From a virus (Duplodnaviria; Caudoviricetes), in IMG/VR virus record IMGVR_UViG_3300032277_002983, positions 1 through 37,701 of that record: a DNA stretch of 37,701 nucleotides; one strand, written 5' to 3'. Under the pieces are notes generated by a model that saw only the letters and a program-made list of their open reading frames with translations, was not told the origin of the DNA and did no database searches. Each line of letters begins with the position of its first letter. The first letter of the stretch is position 1. Below are positions 9,428-19,592 of the stretch, in pieces. Both the position numbers and the translations under genes were made by a program.

Positions 9428-10365
9428 TAGGTAAACACCATGGTTAACTCATCTTCACCGGCATTTTCAGTGCAGCCAAAAGGAATGTCGAGCGTTCTCA
9501 CGGCGTCCCGGTCTGCTGGCGTAATGTTTCTGTAGTAACATTTATCAAGGTCGAATTGCACGCGGTTACCGGCAACAGACCCGATCACGCCGGTTGTTAG
9601 CGCAACCAAGGTGCCAGCCCTTAATGCGGACTCCCAATCCTGGGTTGCTGCCAGGGTATGTTCTGGGTCAAATGACCCCTGTACATCACGCCCTGTAATT
9701 AAAATGCATCCGTAGCCATCAACAGACGAGATATCTTGAGTTGTTGCGATGGCGTTACCAAGATCAACGGTTAGATTGTTTATCACTGCCCCATAACCGT
9801 TGGCGGTAAATGGCACGCCGATTAAGCCGACTGGTACGGTAGCGTCATACGTTGCGGCTGGCAGCGTTACGTCAGTTGGTGCGACACTGTGGCCTGTAAA
9901 CTCAAAATTGGCCATTAATTTTGAGCCAGCCTCAATGGAATAATTAACGTTTCCTCTGCATCCGGTCAATATGTATCTTAGGCCGTCTTGAAAATAGTAA
10001 ATGGTTATTGTTTCATGCCCGGTGGAAACTAACCCATACGTTACCGACGTTGACGCAACGATGGTTTCACCCATGGCGCATGCTCGCAATAATGGCCCGA
10101 TCTCTGGCGCCGTTCCAGCCGCGCCTGATCCTTTAATTTCGCATGAAAAGGTTACTTTTCTGAGGGCCCCAGCAAATGTTTGCTGTTCCTTTGAAAGATT
10201 AGGTTTTACCACAGGCCGGTCAACCATGCGAAGCCCTTCCAGCGACCAACTGGCTTCTTCAACCAGAACGGCATCTACCCCAGCAACTGGTACTGCATCT
10301 GTATTTTCAGTGGTTTCTATTTTCGCTAGTATTAGTTCTCTGTTTTTCAATAGAGATCCTGCCAT
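9427..10365 (-). CDS. Major tail tube protein
   Basis: 312 aa; LAKIE and APEIGPLLRACAM motifs; upstream of the chaperone gene. Confidence 0.85.
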   Translation of the reverse strand: MAGSLLKNRELILAKIETTENTDAVPVAGVDAVLVEEASWSLEGLRMVDRPVVKPNLSKEQQTFAGALRKVTFSCEIKGSGAAGTAPEIGPLLRACAMGETIVASTSVTYGLVSTGHETITIYYFQDGLRYILTGCRGNVNYSIEAGSKLMANFEFTGHSVAPTDVTLPAATYDATVPVGLIGVPFTANGYGAVINNLTVDLGNAIATTQDISSVDGYGCILITGRDVQGSFDPEHTLAATQDWESALRAGTLVALTTGVIGSVAGNRVQFDLDKCYYRNITPADRDAVRTLDIPFGCTENAGEDELTMVFT

Positions 10366-10409
10366 TAGAATTTCCTTCTAGTTGGGAATGCTCGCTTCAC
10401 AGCGGGTAT

Positions 10410-10436
10410 AAAAAAACCGGCTATTTTGCCGGTTTT
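10410..10436 (-). terminator. Rho-independent terminator inside the late operon
   Basis: Minus strand AAAACCGGC-AAAATA-GCCGGTTTTTTT. Confidence 0.7.
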
Positions 10437-10519
10437 GTTTTTGGTGTTTCTTTTTTTGGTTGATCTTCAGAGCTTCCGCCAGTTTTGACGATAACGGTTT
10501 TTCTCGGTCGTTCACTCAT
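10421..10519 (-). CDS. Small basic protein (32 aa, MSERPRKPLSSKLAEALKINQKKETPKTKPAK)
   Basis: Hand-translated; GAGGG RBS upstream; fills the gap between the tail terminator and tube genes. Confidence 0.55.
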   Translation of the reverse strand: MSERPRKTVIVKTGGSSEDQPKKETPKTKPAK

Positions 10520-10550
10520 CAGTAAGCCCTCATAGGTTGTAAATAAATTG

Positions 10551-11006
10551 CTATGCCCCTAAACTTGGATCAGTCACCGACGCGCGATAATCAATGCTGA
10601 AATTTAACGTTTGTTTTGCGGTGACTTTTTCGCCTGCCTCTATTTCAGGGGTTTCCGCAACCCCCGCCAGAAAATTCCGCGCGAAACTTAGCCCAAGCGT
10701 CCTGTCAGCCATCAGCGCAATATGTATTTCTTTGCGTATCTGATTAAGCTGTTTACTAATTGGTATTTCAGAGCTCTGTTTAACGTGGATGTCAACACTG
10801 ATATCCAGCTGCTTATCTTCCAGTTGCCAATTATCCAAGCCGCTATCAAATGGCGTGTCATCGCCCTGGTAGACAGATAGTGCGCTGCTTATGCTCTCGT
10901 CGATGTTATAAGGCCGGTCGCGGACAACATTGGCGCCGGTGGTAGTAAGGCCTGTTACCAGCGCCGTAAATGCATCCAGTATCTGTTCTGCACGATGATC
11001 AGCCAT
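10551..11006 (-). CDS. Tail terminator / completion protein (gpU-like)
   Basis: H.AEQI, IH.ALMADRTLG and YR....DP pattern; synteny. Confidence 0.75.
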   Translation of the reverse strand: MADHRAEQILDAFTALVTGLTTTGANVVRDRPYNIDESISSALSVYQGDDTPFDSGLDNWQLEDKQLDISVDIHVKQSSEIPISKQLNQIRKEIHIALMADRTLGLSFARNFLAGVAETPEIEAGEKVTAKQTLNFSIDYRASVTDPSLGA

Positions 11007-11328
11007 TATTATCTTCCAGTATTAATAACGTCAGTCCATCACCGCTGCTCTCGTATTCTCGGACAATGTATTTTTTTCCGTTTAACGATGCATCTAAAAC
11101 GCACACATCAATCGTCACGTTGTCGCTATTTGCAATATTTGGTAAGTTGCTTGTCTTTGTTAGGATCGTAGGAAAATGGCTCGATAACCCGTTAATTTCT
11201 ACGTGCTGATAACCAAATACACCCTTTAAACAGATAGTCTTTGACGATTTGTGTGGGTATGCGTTTTCCGTGTATGAAAACGCATCCCAATCATCAAAGA
11301 TATCATCCAAATCATCTGAAAATGACAT
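10999..11328 (-). CDS. Head-tail joining protein (gpFII-like)
   Basis: C-terminal Y.VRE.E..GDGLTLLIL; synteny. Confidence 0.7.
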   Translation of the reverse strand: MSFSDDLDDIFDDWDAFSYTENAYPHKSSKTICLKGVFGYQHVEINGLSSHFPTILTKTSNLPNIANSDNVTIDVCVLDASLNGKKYIVREYESSGDGLTLLILEDNNG

Positions 11329-11338
11329 TGTTTAGTTT

Positions 11339-11602
11339 TTATTGTTTCTTGTTTGAATCATCACCACCGTCATTATTTCCGGCTGGTTTTTCATCAACAA
11401 TAGCCGTTGCTTTTTGTGAAAACAGCAACTGTTTGGCGAGTTTTTCAGGAAGGTCATAGACTTTTCCGGTTTTTAACGGCTCGCCGTCATGCCGTGATCC
11501 GCGAATCATTTTTACTTTCATTGTTGGCGCCCCTGTTTCTTCTGTAGTGTTGTGTTGTGCGGCGACTACTAGAGCCGCCGCATTAGTTGTGGCCAACATC
11601 AC
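11339..11602 (-). CDS. Small capsid-associated protein (gpFI-like position; true start probably MKVKM at 11521)
   Basis: G.VYDLPE..A..L....KA pattern directly after the capsid gene. Confidence 0.55.
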   Translation of the reverse strand: MMLATTNAAALVVAAQHNTTEETGAPTMKVKMIRGSRHDGEPLKTGKVYDLPEKLAKQLLFSQKATAIVDEKPAGNNDGGDDSNKKQ

Positions 11603-13504
11603 TTAGATGTTGCGTGCGTCCTGTACGGCTGAAAACGACTCAGGATGTCGAATGGCTATATCCATATCTTGCAACGCAACAACGCGCACGGTTCCGCTGG
11701 TGCTGTTTGTGTACGGGTCAACCGTTAAATCAAGGCCTCCCCACATGCCGATTAACAAATCTGCAAAATTACCGTATAGGATCGCGTGACAATCGCTACT
11801 GGTTCCCTTTACTAGATTGCTTGGAACTTGATTTGTCACCTCTGCCGGGTAGCCGTTCATTTCATTGCCATCCCAGACAAATTGAGCAGTATTTGCGGCT
11901 TTCTCCACTTGCTTAAGCTTACCGCGCATCACTGCCGTGCTAACGTATCGCAAGCTGCCGATGTCAGCATTTGAACTGGCAACATCCGATTCCAGTTCTA
12001 CAATGTGTGCCCAGGTAGGAGCTCCACCGTTAGTGCCAATGGCAACATCACCGATACCGGACGCATTTAAAATACCGGTTGGTTGATTGCTGGCACCGCT
12101 ACCGTTTATCCCAGCTAAATCAATCGCCAAGCCTAATACTTTGGCCAGGTCACCGCGAATGAACGCCTCTACATCAATGGACGATTGCAGCATTAATTTT
12201 CTGCTGAAGTCGGTGAACGCACCCACCGTATTTGGCGATAACGTCACCTGATCAAACGTTTGCTGACTCTCGGTTGGTGCTCCAGATTCTGCGACCCAGT
12301 ACGATGTTGCTGCTCCGCTCTGGCGAGGTATGGCAATATTGCCGTTAAGCTCGGTCATTAGCGTACTGATGCCCAGCAACAACGTGCGGTTTCTGAGCAA
12401 GTCGATAAAGCTGCCTGACAATAAATCGGTTGCTACCGTATGACCGCCTGCTGTCGCTGTGCCGACGGTCAAATCGCGCCGACCAATAGCGCCCATTACC
12501 GACCGTCTCAAAACATCAGTAGGGATGGTAATGCCCCGCGAATCACGGCCCAGCTTTTCAGCGGCTGCTGAGCTTATTTCAAACTCATAACCAGCCAACG
12601 ATTGCGCGCGCCTATCCGTTGGATTCGCCAGCGCGTTTATAGCGCGCATAAAACTAAATTGTTTTACTTCGCGTTCACTCATGCCAATATCAGGCGTTTC
12701 TGCCTGTACGGCGCCAGGCTCCCCCATGGTTTCCAGTAGTGCACGCCTGAATTCGTCAACACTTTTATCGGTATTAATGAATTCTCTTGCCAGGTCGATC
12801 TGGCTATACTGGTCACCCAATGATAGGATTTCTTGCACGCGTGTTCGCTCGCTGTTGCGGCTCTCGGTGCGCGCCTGGCTGTTGTCAGTATTATTTGCGG
12901 TGGTTTGCGTTATGGGTTGTTCGGTTACTGGATCAGGCATTGCCCTCTCTCCCTTTTCTGCTATTTGTAATTCAAATTCGTATTCGTCGCCAATGTCACG
13001 GTCTACGCCAACACTCGCATCAGCCGGTACAGAAACCATACTGACTTCATAGGGCTCCCAATCGGTCACTCGATATACATCCGATTGATCGTCCCCGGTT
13101 TCCTCCAGTACTGCTTTGTGTATGCGGTAACCAACTGATATCGATGTACGAATACCATCCACCACGTCCTGCAATATTTCCGATGCCCTGGCGCTTTTAC
13201 CAAAACGCACAGTTGCCCGCCCCCGGCGGTCTTTGTCTACGGAAACAGACTCGATAACACCGACGTGATCACGGTGATCGTGGTCTACCAATACCGGTCC
13301 CCCATTCTGCAGGCGGCCCAGCCTGATTGAATTGGGTGAATGGTCTAGGATTTCTTGCCCAAACCAGCGGTCGACTGGTTCTTCGCTGGAGAATGCAATT
13401 TCAGCGGTGCGCATTTCTTCATTGGCGCTGCCGCGCTCAAATAATGCTGAGCGAAACAGCGGCTTTGCTTTGATTTTTTTCGTCGTCATCTTCTTCGTCG
13501 GCAT
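11603..13504 (-). CDS. Prohead protease - major capsid protein fusion (HK97 fold)
   Basis: N-terminal protease motifs (LVDHD, SISVGY, EVSMVSVPAD), then capsid motifs (WVAE, SRKLMLQS, GNFADL, RHPESF). Confidence 0.92.
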   Translation of the reverse strand: MPTKKMTTKKIKAKPLFRSALFERGSANEEMRTAEIAFSSEEPVDRWFGQEILDHSPNSIRLGRLQNGGPVLVDHDHRDHVGVIESVSVDKDRRGRATVRFGKSARASEILQDVVDGIRTSISVGYRIHKAVLEETGDDQSDVYRVTDWEPYEVSMVSVPADASVGVDRDIGDEYEFELQIAEKGERAMPDPVTEQPITQTTANNTDNSQARTESRNSERTRVQEILSLGDQYSQIDLAREFINTDKSVDEFRRALLETMGEPGAVQAETPDIGMSEREVKQFSFMRAINALANPTDRRAQSLAGYEFEISSAAAEKLGRDSRGITIPTDVLRRSVMGAIGRRDLTVGTATAGGHTVATDLLSGSFIDLLRNRTLLLGISTLMTELNGNIAIPRQSGAATSYWVAESGAPTESQQTFDQVTLSPNTVGAFTDFSRKLMLQSSIDVEAFIRGDLAKVLGLAIDLAGINGSGASNQPTGILNASGIGDVAIGTNGGAPTWAHIVELESDVASSNADIGSLRYVSTAVMRGKLKQVEKAANTAQFVWDGNEMNGYPAEVTNQVPSNLVKGTSSDCHAILYGNFADLLIGMWGGLDLTVDPYTNSTSGTVRVVALQDMDIAIRHPESFSAVQDARNI

Positions 13505-15047
13505 CTTCTGTATTCCCCGGCTGATCTGATACTGTTGTTTTTTCGGTTTCCTGTTTTATGCCTTTTGCTTCCAGCATGTCCTGCCATTCTTGCCACTCGT
13601 CCAGCACCTGGTCTGGATCTTCTCCCATTCCTCTGATGACTGATTGAGGGCTACGGACTTTATGAGTGAATTCTTTTTCGTGTGCTGCCATGGTTTTTAG
13701 TGGGTCAACTGATTGCCAACGCCTTGGTTGCCACCCCACGCGCTGATATTTTTTTTCTGACGATGCCTTTAGTGGGCGACCATTAACCGTTAACTCATCG
13801 GTTAATAATGCTATATGCAACCAGTCTCGGTAGACAACATCACAAAAACTTTCTATTGCCCAATCTTGCAATGATGTCCAGACATCTTGATCATCTAACG
13901 CGCCCTTTCTCAGGCTGTTATAGTTAACGTTTTCTAGATCATTGGCCAGTGAGTTATAAGACACGCCCAGGCCTGCCGAGATACCGCGCAAGCAGGCTTT
14001 CACAAAATCTTTGTAGGCGGAATTTGGGTGTTGAGGGTCAATTAGACTAAGTTTATAACCATCTGGATTGACTTCAATTGTACCGGATTCAAAATCACTA
14101 ACGAATTTACCATCTGCATCCTTTTCCAAATCTTTTGTGGGGTTTGATGATGGCATTTCGTCGTCGGTTTTCTCGTAAACGGCAAACTTAGACGCCCCGG
14201 CCCGGCTGGCTACCAGTTCCGCTTCTTCGTACCCGGCTAACATGTTTAGTCTGAGCAGTCCAGTTGCTACCCACGGTATTCCTCGCGTTTGCCATACCCA
14301 TTCTGGTAAAAATTCATGTATTATTTCATCTGCATCTACGCGCTGGTATTTCCGCCCTTGATAGCTGTAATCATCCGCCGTCTGCTTCGTCGTCAACAGG
14401 TAATACGCGACTGGTTTGCGCCACTCGTTAAGCTCCACGCTCATGCGTACGGTATTCCCGTTGGATAAATCAACGTTGTGATAAACGTCCAGTAATTCTG
14501 TATCCAGGAACTGAAGAGAAAACCTAAATTTGTTGCCCTTGTAATTCCTAACCTTTCGTATAAGAACCTCACCATCACGCGCCAGTGTTTCTATATATAA
14601 ACGGCATACCATGCGCCATGACATCCGGCCGGTCACTTCGGCGCTGCCTTTTCGGCCCCATTCTTGCCATCCATCGAGTATTGCCTTTGATGCAAGTTTG
14701 TCGGGCTTTCCATTTGGGTCTTGTATTCTTGGCCGCAACACAATTCCCTGAGAACCTATTACATTTATTTTTACTAGCGATATAAAACGTTTAACATAAT
14801 CGTTATTTTGTGCCTCATGACGCGCTCTCGCCCGTAATTTCCGCAAAGATTCACGTATATCGGTATCAATTGGTTTTGGCTGCGTTGCCCATCCGCTAGT
14901 TATGCTCGTTTGCTGAGCGCCAGAAAATTTACGCTGGCCATGCGCCTGGTGTTTAGCTGTGCCTAGTTTTTCACCTTTATTGATGCGTATAACGCCAATC
15001 GCTGCCAACCCAGACACAATGGTGCGCAATATGGTGCGGCTAACCAT
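13437..15047 (-). CDS. Portal protein, lambda family
   Basis: LRARAR...NND, QTRGIPW, NYNSLR and W..VDPLK motifs. Confidence 0.92.
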   Translation of the reverse strand: MVSRTILRTIVSGLAAIGVIRINKGEKLGTAKHQAHGQRKFSGAQQTSITSGWATQPKPIDTDIRESLRKLRARARHEAQNNDYVKRFISLVKINVIGSQGIVLRPRIQDPNGKPDKLASKAILDGWQEWGRKGSAEVTGRMSWRMVCRLYIETLARDGEVLIRKVRNYKGNKFRFSLQFLDTELLDVYHNVDLSNGNTVRMSVELNEWRKPVAYYLLTTKQTADDYSYQGRKYQRVDADEIIHEFLPEWVWQTRGIPWVATGLLRLNMLAGYEEAELVASRAGASKFAVYEKTDDEMPSSNPTKDLEKDADGKFVSDFESGTIEVNPDGYKLSLIDPQHPNSAYKDFVKACLRGISAGLGVSYNSLANDLENVNYNSLRKGALDDQDVWTSLQDWAIESFCDVVYRDWLHIALLTDELTVNGRPLKASSEKKYQRVGWQPRRWQSVDPLKTMAAHEKEFTHKVRSPQSVIRGMGEDPDQVLDEWQEWQDMLEAKGIKQETEKTTVSDQPGNTEDADEEDDDEKNQSKAAVSLSII

Positions 15048-15609
15048 TATTAAATCTGACCTTAATCAATCTTGCTGAGTTTCCACCGTTGTCGGAATTT
15101 TCCGCTGACACCTCATTTTTATACAGAAGCTCGTAATGATTTTTCCACTTAATCAACTCGGCGGGCTCCATTCTGTTCAGCGAATACCCGTTAATTGTGT
15201 AGGCCATTTGATCTTTTGTGGCCTTCCCAAGTAACGTTGCTTCCAGCGAGTCAAGCACCTTGCGTACATGGCTTCTTGAGTCCCTACCCTTAAGGTCGTT
15301 GACAAAATTAGGTTTTACTTCTAAGCGTCCATCACCAACACTATAGCGCTCACCGGCCTTTGTAACGTACGATTGCCAGTAATAAATACCAATCTTATAG
15401 TTGCTGGTATTTGCAGCTGAGACATTCACTAAGTGTGAACCATCGCCGTTATCTGAGGCAGTTATTGTTTGCTGGTTACCATCTGAAACCAGCGCATATG
15501 TCAATACCCAACCATCGTTCGGTAAGTAGTTAATTAGATTTTTAGTCCATTTAACAGTATCGCCAGAGATAAAGTTTGTTGGTTCTTTTTTTGCAATTGT
15601 AGCTGTCAT
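15040..15609 (-). CDS. Head completion protein (gpW-like C-terminus with Ig-like N-terminal extension)
   Basis: Between TerL and portal; YTINGYSL.R....EL motif. Confidence 0.65.
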   Translation of the reverse strand: MTATIAKKEPTNFISGDTVKWTKNLINYLPNDGWVLTYALVSDGNQQTITASDNGDGSHLVNVSAANTSNYKIGIYYWQSYVTKAGERYSVGDGRLEVKPNFVNDLKGRDSRSHVRKVLDSLEATLLGKATKDQMAYTINGYSLNRMEPAELIKWKNHYELLYKNEVSAENSDNGGNSARLIKVRFNNG

Positions 15610-17660
15610 TTTTTCCAGTCATTCACAAAGCCGCCGCGCTTGCGGTGACGTGTATTTGTTTGCGTCGATTCTTTTTTGATCGGTGCTTCTATCATGTCGC
15701 TAAACAGGTCTTGCTGCATTAATTTACGTTCCAGCGCTTCCCATTGCGCCTTGCTCATGATATGCAGCTTAAGGGCTCGTGCCGCATGTACCGCGCCAAC
15801 GGTGCAATCTAGCGCTTCCTGCCGAACTCCGCTTTTAGGTTGCCAGCAAAGCTTGTTTCTCATGTTTCGATGTGGTGCTTTTACTTCCGCTGTCAATTGC
15901 TCGTAAAAATCAGCCCTAACACCCTTATACCAGTGCATGCGGCCTGGGCCTCTGCCTGTCAGCGTGATTCGCCCCTTGTCGCCTATCAATAAATCCTTGG
16001 CCTTGTGGGTTCCAATCGTGTATATCTGCAACCCGTATTTGCTGGCCTTGGTTTTATTTTTGTGGTCTATCTTTTTTGGTAGGCTATAAATCTCACGCTG
16101 GCCATAGTCTGCGCTTGATCCCTTGGTGGCCATCATACCCTGCCTCTGGTACTTCCTTACGTGGTGATATACAGCATCGTTGGTCTGTCCATCACCGGAA
16201 TCAACTGATACACCCCTGGTTATGAGACTAAAACCATGTACGCTTTTTATTGGTGTAAACAACAATTTGTTAAGCTCAACCCAAACCGGATCATTTTTAT
16301 CGTTCACGTTGGTTTTGGCGTAAAGTTCGCCCCAGTAAACCAGAAACATTTCCTCGTCGCGGCCCCACGCCCAAATAGTCACCGCCAATCTGTCGTGCTG
16401 CACATCAACGCCGGCTGTTAATACTAAACCGCCATCTGGCACCGTTAGTTCCTGATAATCTTCAGCGCGACTTTCAAGCGCTTCCACTTCCGGTGCATCG
16501 CTGGCGTATTCGTAAGTTCGCGCCAGCTTTGAGTTAACAAACACGATTCGCGCGGATTGATCGCCCTTATCGGCTTCGTGTTCTGCTTCCAGGTAATCGC
16601 GGACAACATCGGCTAATTTTGTGCCGGGAATGCAAACGTAAAGCTCGCTTAATTCTTTGAATCCAGCAACCCCACCGGTTGTTTCTGCTGTTGCTGTCCA
16701 TCCATAAAATGGATCACCATCTGCAGCAGATTTTTTTACGGTATTCAATATGTTTTGTTGGCGTTGCCAGTCGTCCCACGCACTGCCGCAATGTGGGCAG
16801 CTATAAATTGCGCTATCTGGATCAGCTTTTCCGTATACGATATGTTCAACGCTGTCGCCACGATCCATCCATGTGACGTTATCCCAATCTAATGGGTGTT
16901 TTTCATCGCAGTCATGGCATGTAATTGGTAATACGCGCTGGTCAGATAGCTGGATGTTTTCTTCTACTCGCGAGACACCGGCAATTGATGGTGTTCCGCC
17001 CAGCACTAATTTGCTATCACGCCAGCGTTTTAAACGCTCCCTGGCTAACCGAATGCCATCGCCCTGCTCTTTGATGTTTTCGTTGGTATCGTCTGGCTCT
17101 TCGATGATGACGACCGGTGTCGGCGTTGACTTAACGTTACCAATGGAATTCGAGCCCATCATTGACAAAAAACCGCCTGCGAATTTTTTAAATAACGACC
17201 GGTTACCATCCTTGCGGCTGGTTTCGACGTTTATCAGTCTGTTTATTATCGGTGAAGCCTTTACCGATGGTGTAAATTTCTCGTCACTGAATTTCCGTGC
17301 GTCGCCATCTTTGGGGAAAACGGCAATCATTGGGCTTGGACTCACATCTACGCGCTTGCTAATCCAGCCGATTAAGCCAAACGTCCAACCAATTTGTGCG
17401 GCCTTCATCATGACGACGACGCGAACCGATTCATCATCAAGCGCGGCGAACACGCCCCACAAATATGGCACGTAATCTGGGTTGTATGGGCCTGGCAAGT
17501 CAGCACCTTCGGCCGGCAATCGATAATTAGTGGCTAACCACTCCAGTGTTGGCACTTTTTTCGGTGGCAACCATTTCGTTGCCACTTTCGCCACCAACTT
17601 CAACCAGGTTTTTTGGGTAGTCCGAAATAGCGTTGAATGCATTTTGTAATGCTGCATCAA
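15606..17660 (-). CDS. Terminase large subunit, lambda gpA family
   Basis: KAAQIGWT Walker A, IIEEPD, GGTP, zinc-ribbon motifs CHDC and CPHC, AGVDVQ, EALDC. Confidence 0.95.
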   Translation of the reverse strand: MMQHYKMHSTLFRTTQKTWLKLVAKVATKWLPPKKVPTLEWLATNYRLPAEGADLPGPYNPDYVPYLWGVFAALDDESVRVVVMMKAAQIGWTFGLIGWISKRVDVSPSPMIAVFPKDGDARKFSDEKFTPSVKASPIINRLINVETSRKDGNRSLFKKFAGGFLSMMGSNSIGNVKSTPTPVVIIEEPDDTNENIKEQGDGIRLARERLKRWRDSKLVLGGTPSIAGVSRVEENIQLSDQRVLPITCHDCDEKHPLDWDNVTWMDRGDSVEHIVYGKADPDSAIYSCPHCGSAWDDWQRQQNILNTVKKSAADGDPFYGWTATAETTGGVAGFKELSELYVCIPGTKLADVVRDYLEAEHEADKGDQSARIVFVNSKLARTYEYASDAPEVEALESRAEDYQELTVPDGGLVLTAGVDVQHDRLAVTIWAWGRDEEMFLVYWGELYAKTNVNDKNDPVWVELNKLLFTPIKSVHGFSLITRGVSVDSGDGQTNDAVYHHVRKYQRQGMMATKGSSADYGQREIYSLPKKIDHKNKTKASKYGLQIYTIGTHKAKDLLIGDKGRITLTGRGPGRMHWYKGVRADFYEQLTAEVKAPHRNMRNKLCWQPKSGVRQEALDCTVGAVHAARALKLHIMSKAQWEALERKLMQQDLFSDMIEAPIKKESTQTNTRHRKRGGFVNDWKK

Positions 17661-18075
17661 TCAACCCCTGGTCAACCTCAATATTATGCTGGCTATGAAT
17701 CCCCGTAATAATTTTATCAACCGCATACCCTATTTCTGATCGAGCCACCACGGCCCATTGCTCTAATGTTGGCTCGATAGATTCCAGCGGCACCAAAGCG
17801 CCCACCTCTTTAAAAAATTGCAATTCTTTCAGTTGCGCGTTTGCCTCTGCTTCGCGAATGCGCGCCCTACTCAAATTCATTTGGTCATCGCCGCTACGCC
17901 CTGCCGCCTGCTCCCTGTAATGCGTCAGCAGCTGCCGCAACCAGTCTAGCAACGTGCCATTATCAACAAGCACGCCCTTGTCAATATGGGACTTTATCGC
18001 TGGCTGAGACAGCCCTACAAGCCTACCAAACAGCGATTGATTAGCCGGGATATCTAAAGCGCCGAATTCACTCAT
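17527..18075 (-). CDS. Terminase small subunit (Nu1-like)
   Basis: N-terminal winged HTH, REQAAGR and coiled coil; overlaps the TerL start. Confidence 0.88.
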   Translation of the reverse strand: MSEFGALDIPANQSLFGRLVGLSQPAIKSHIDKGVLVDNGTLLDWLRQLLTHYREQAAGRSGDDQMNLSRARIREAEANAQLKELQFFKEVGALVPLESIEPTLEQWAVVARSEIGYAVDKIITGIHSQHNIEVDQGLIDAALQNAFNAISDYPKNLVEVGGESGNEMVATEKSANTGVVSH

Positions 18076-18172
18076 TAATACACACCCAGCTATAACCCCC
18101 TATAGGCTAAAATATCTGCAAAAATATTGCGCGCTACGTACCGTCGTTGTGGATATCCCAGAAAGGACCCGC
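18076..18172 (-). other. cos packaging site with exact lambda cosQ (GGGTCCT at 18164-18170)
   Basis: Minus strand CGGGTCCTTTC upstream of TerS, as at lambda cosQ; by spacing, cosN expected near 18125-18147. Confidence 0.75.
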
Positions 18173-18736
18173 TTATATCTTGGATATCTCTCTATTGATT
18201 TCATGTTGGTAGTTCTTTAACCACTGTTCTTCTGCGCGCCTAACGATTGCTTGTTGTATCTTGCGCTGCACGAATGAGCGCGGCACACTCGGTCCTTTCA
18301 CTTCTTTTGGTACTGATGGCTTGCTTGATGTGCGCTTGAACACCAGCATCTTACCACTGCTTCTACCGCGACCGACGAACGTTCGAGGATACAGTTTTGA
18401 CCTCCCCCACGCCTTAGCTGTCACGCCGGAATTTTTTCTGAATGACCTGGAGTTTCTGCGCGATGGTGATACGAATTCGATCAGGTTAAATACTCTTGGT
18501 TTTGCTTCGAGCACCGCAACTAATTTTGTCCTTCGCGCTTTGCTGACCACTAAAACTTCCCTGACTTTCTTTTGTGGCTTTATACCTGTTTCTTTTGAGA
18601 TTGTACGCGTTGCCTGAGTCTTTGCGCTCGCTATTGTTTTATTTAAAGCCCTGGATGCCGCCGCTTCAGTTTTCGTGTTCAACCCTTTCAGCATCTTTGT
18701 TACGTCTTTAATGTCGGCGGTCACATCTAAATTCAC
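18173..18736 (-). CDS. Lambda gpZ-like minor tail/neck protein
   Basis: Basic 187 aa; RALNKT, VFKR and GPSVP motifs. Confidence 0.75.
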   Translation of the reverse strand: MNLDVTADIKDVTKMLKGLNTKTEAAASRALNKTIASAKTQATRTISKETGIKPQKKVREVLVVSKARRTKLVAVLEAKPRVFNLIEFVSPSRRNSRSFRKNSGVTAKAWGRSKLYPRTFVGRGRSSGKMLVFKRTSSKPSVPKEVKGPSVPRSFVQRKIQQAIVRRAEEQWLKNYQHEINREISKI

Positions 18737-19056
18737 TAGATACCATCCATGTTGACTAACTGATATTCATACTTATCGGTGATTTTATCATCGGCTCCGT
18801 ACGTACCCTCTACTGTCACTCGGCGCAACTCGTTAACGTTTGATTCGCTCTGCATAACATTAAGTGTTGCGTCTATTTCTATCTCCTGTATAGCGGTTGG
18901 CGACGCAATAGCCGTCCATTCGGCAACTACTGCGCCAGTAGTTTTGCAATCTACCCTGAAACGGGCGCTGCCGGGCGCTGCATTTGCCGCATTCTTATCC
19001 TTGAACGTTGCGGTGATGTAGCAAGTAGTCCCTTCATTTACTGTTTCGAGTGACAT
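18736..19056 (-). CDS. Hypothetical virion protein (Ig/BppU-like beta sandwich)
   Basis: 106 aa, beta-rich, coupled to neighbours. Confidence 0.5.
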   Translation of the reverse strand: MSLETVNEGTTCYITATFKDKNAANAAPGSARFRVDCKTTGAVVAEWTAIASPTAIQEIEIDATLNVMQSESNVNELRRVTVEGTYGADDKITDKYEYQLVNMDGI

Positions 19057-19577
19057 TATGACAACGTTATATCGAGATCCAGCGTCCAGGTTTGTCCGGA
19101 TGCTTTCGTGCCCTGAGCGCTCACTTTTCGGTTTAGCGTTTTTAGTGCTGTTGCGCCGTTATCAACAACAAATTCCTGCCACGCATAATTTGCGTCACCG
19201 CTAGCAAAAACAGAGCGCCATGTTACCGTTTGTGCTGACCTGCTTGGGTATGTTGCTTCCATTGCTTTGTACGTCTTATTGGTTGCGGCTTGTAGGTCAG
19301 TCTGCGTGGCAGCGGCGGCTGTTGCTGAATCACCAACGCCAAGCCGTGCGTTTGTATTATCAAATTTAGTGGATCCAGTTGTAATTGCTAGATCCCATAA
19401 TTCAGCAATACCCTCATTGAGCAGCAGATTACCATTGATTTCTTTCGTCTCGTACGGATCGAACCCAGCTTCTCCTGCAAAGTGCTTTTTTGACACCTGC
19501 TCGCTGGATAGACCATTGACTGCCTTGAATTTACGAATTGTCCATTTTGTTTGGTGGTTAGCTTTATCGCATAACAT
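19056..19577 (-). CDS. Putative fibre-attachment / minor virion protein
   Basis: NLLLNEG...LGVGD..TA.....TDL...AN.AW.E...GTK.SGQTW.L pattern recalled from phage minor structural proteins. Confidence 0.6.
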   Translation of the reverse strand: MLCDKANHQTKWTIRKFKAVNGLSSEQVSKKHFAGEAGFDPYETKEINGNLLLNEGIAELWDLAITTGSTKFDNTNARLGVGDSATAAAATQTDLQAATNKTYKAMEATYPSRSAQTVTWRSVFASGDANYAWQEFVVDNGATALKTLNRKVSAQGTKASGQTWTLDLDITLS

Positions 19578-19592
19578 TTTAAAATACTCGCT

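Noticed and set aside
11603-13504. Protease-capsid fusion combined with lambda-type portal and terminase as a novelty
   Set aside because: Protease-capsid fusions alongside lambda-type packaging genes are already known in proteobacterial prophages
19453-19472. tRNA T-loop-like GGTTCGATCC on the minus strand
   Set aside because: Inside a coding region; no cloverleaf can be built
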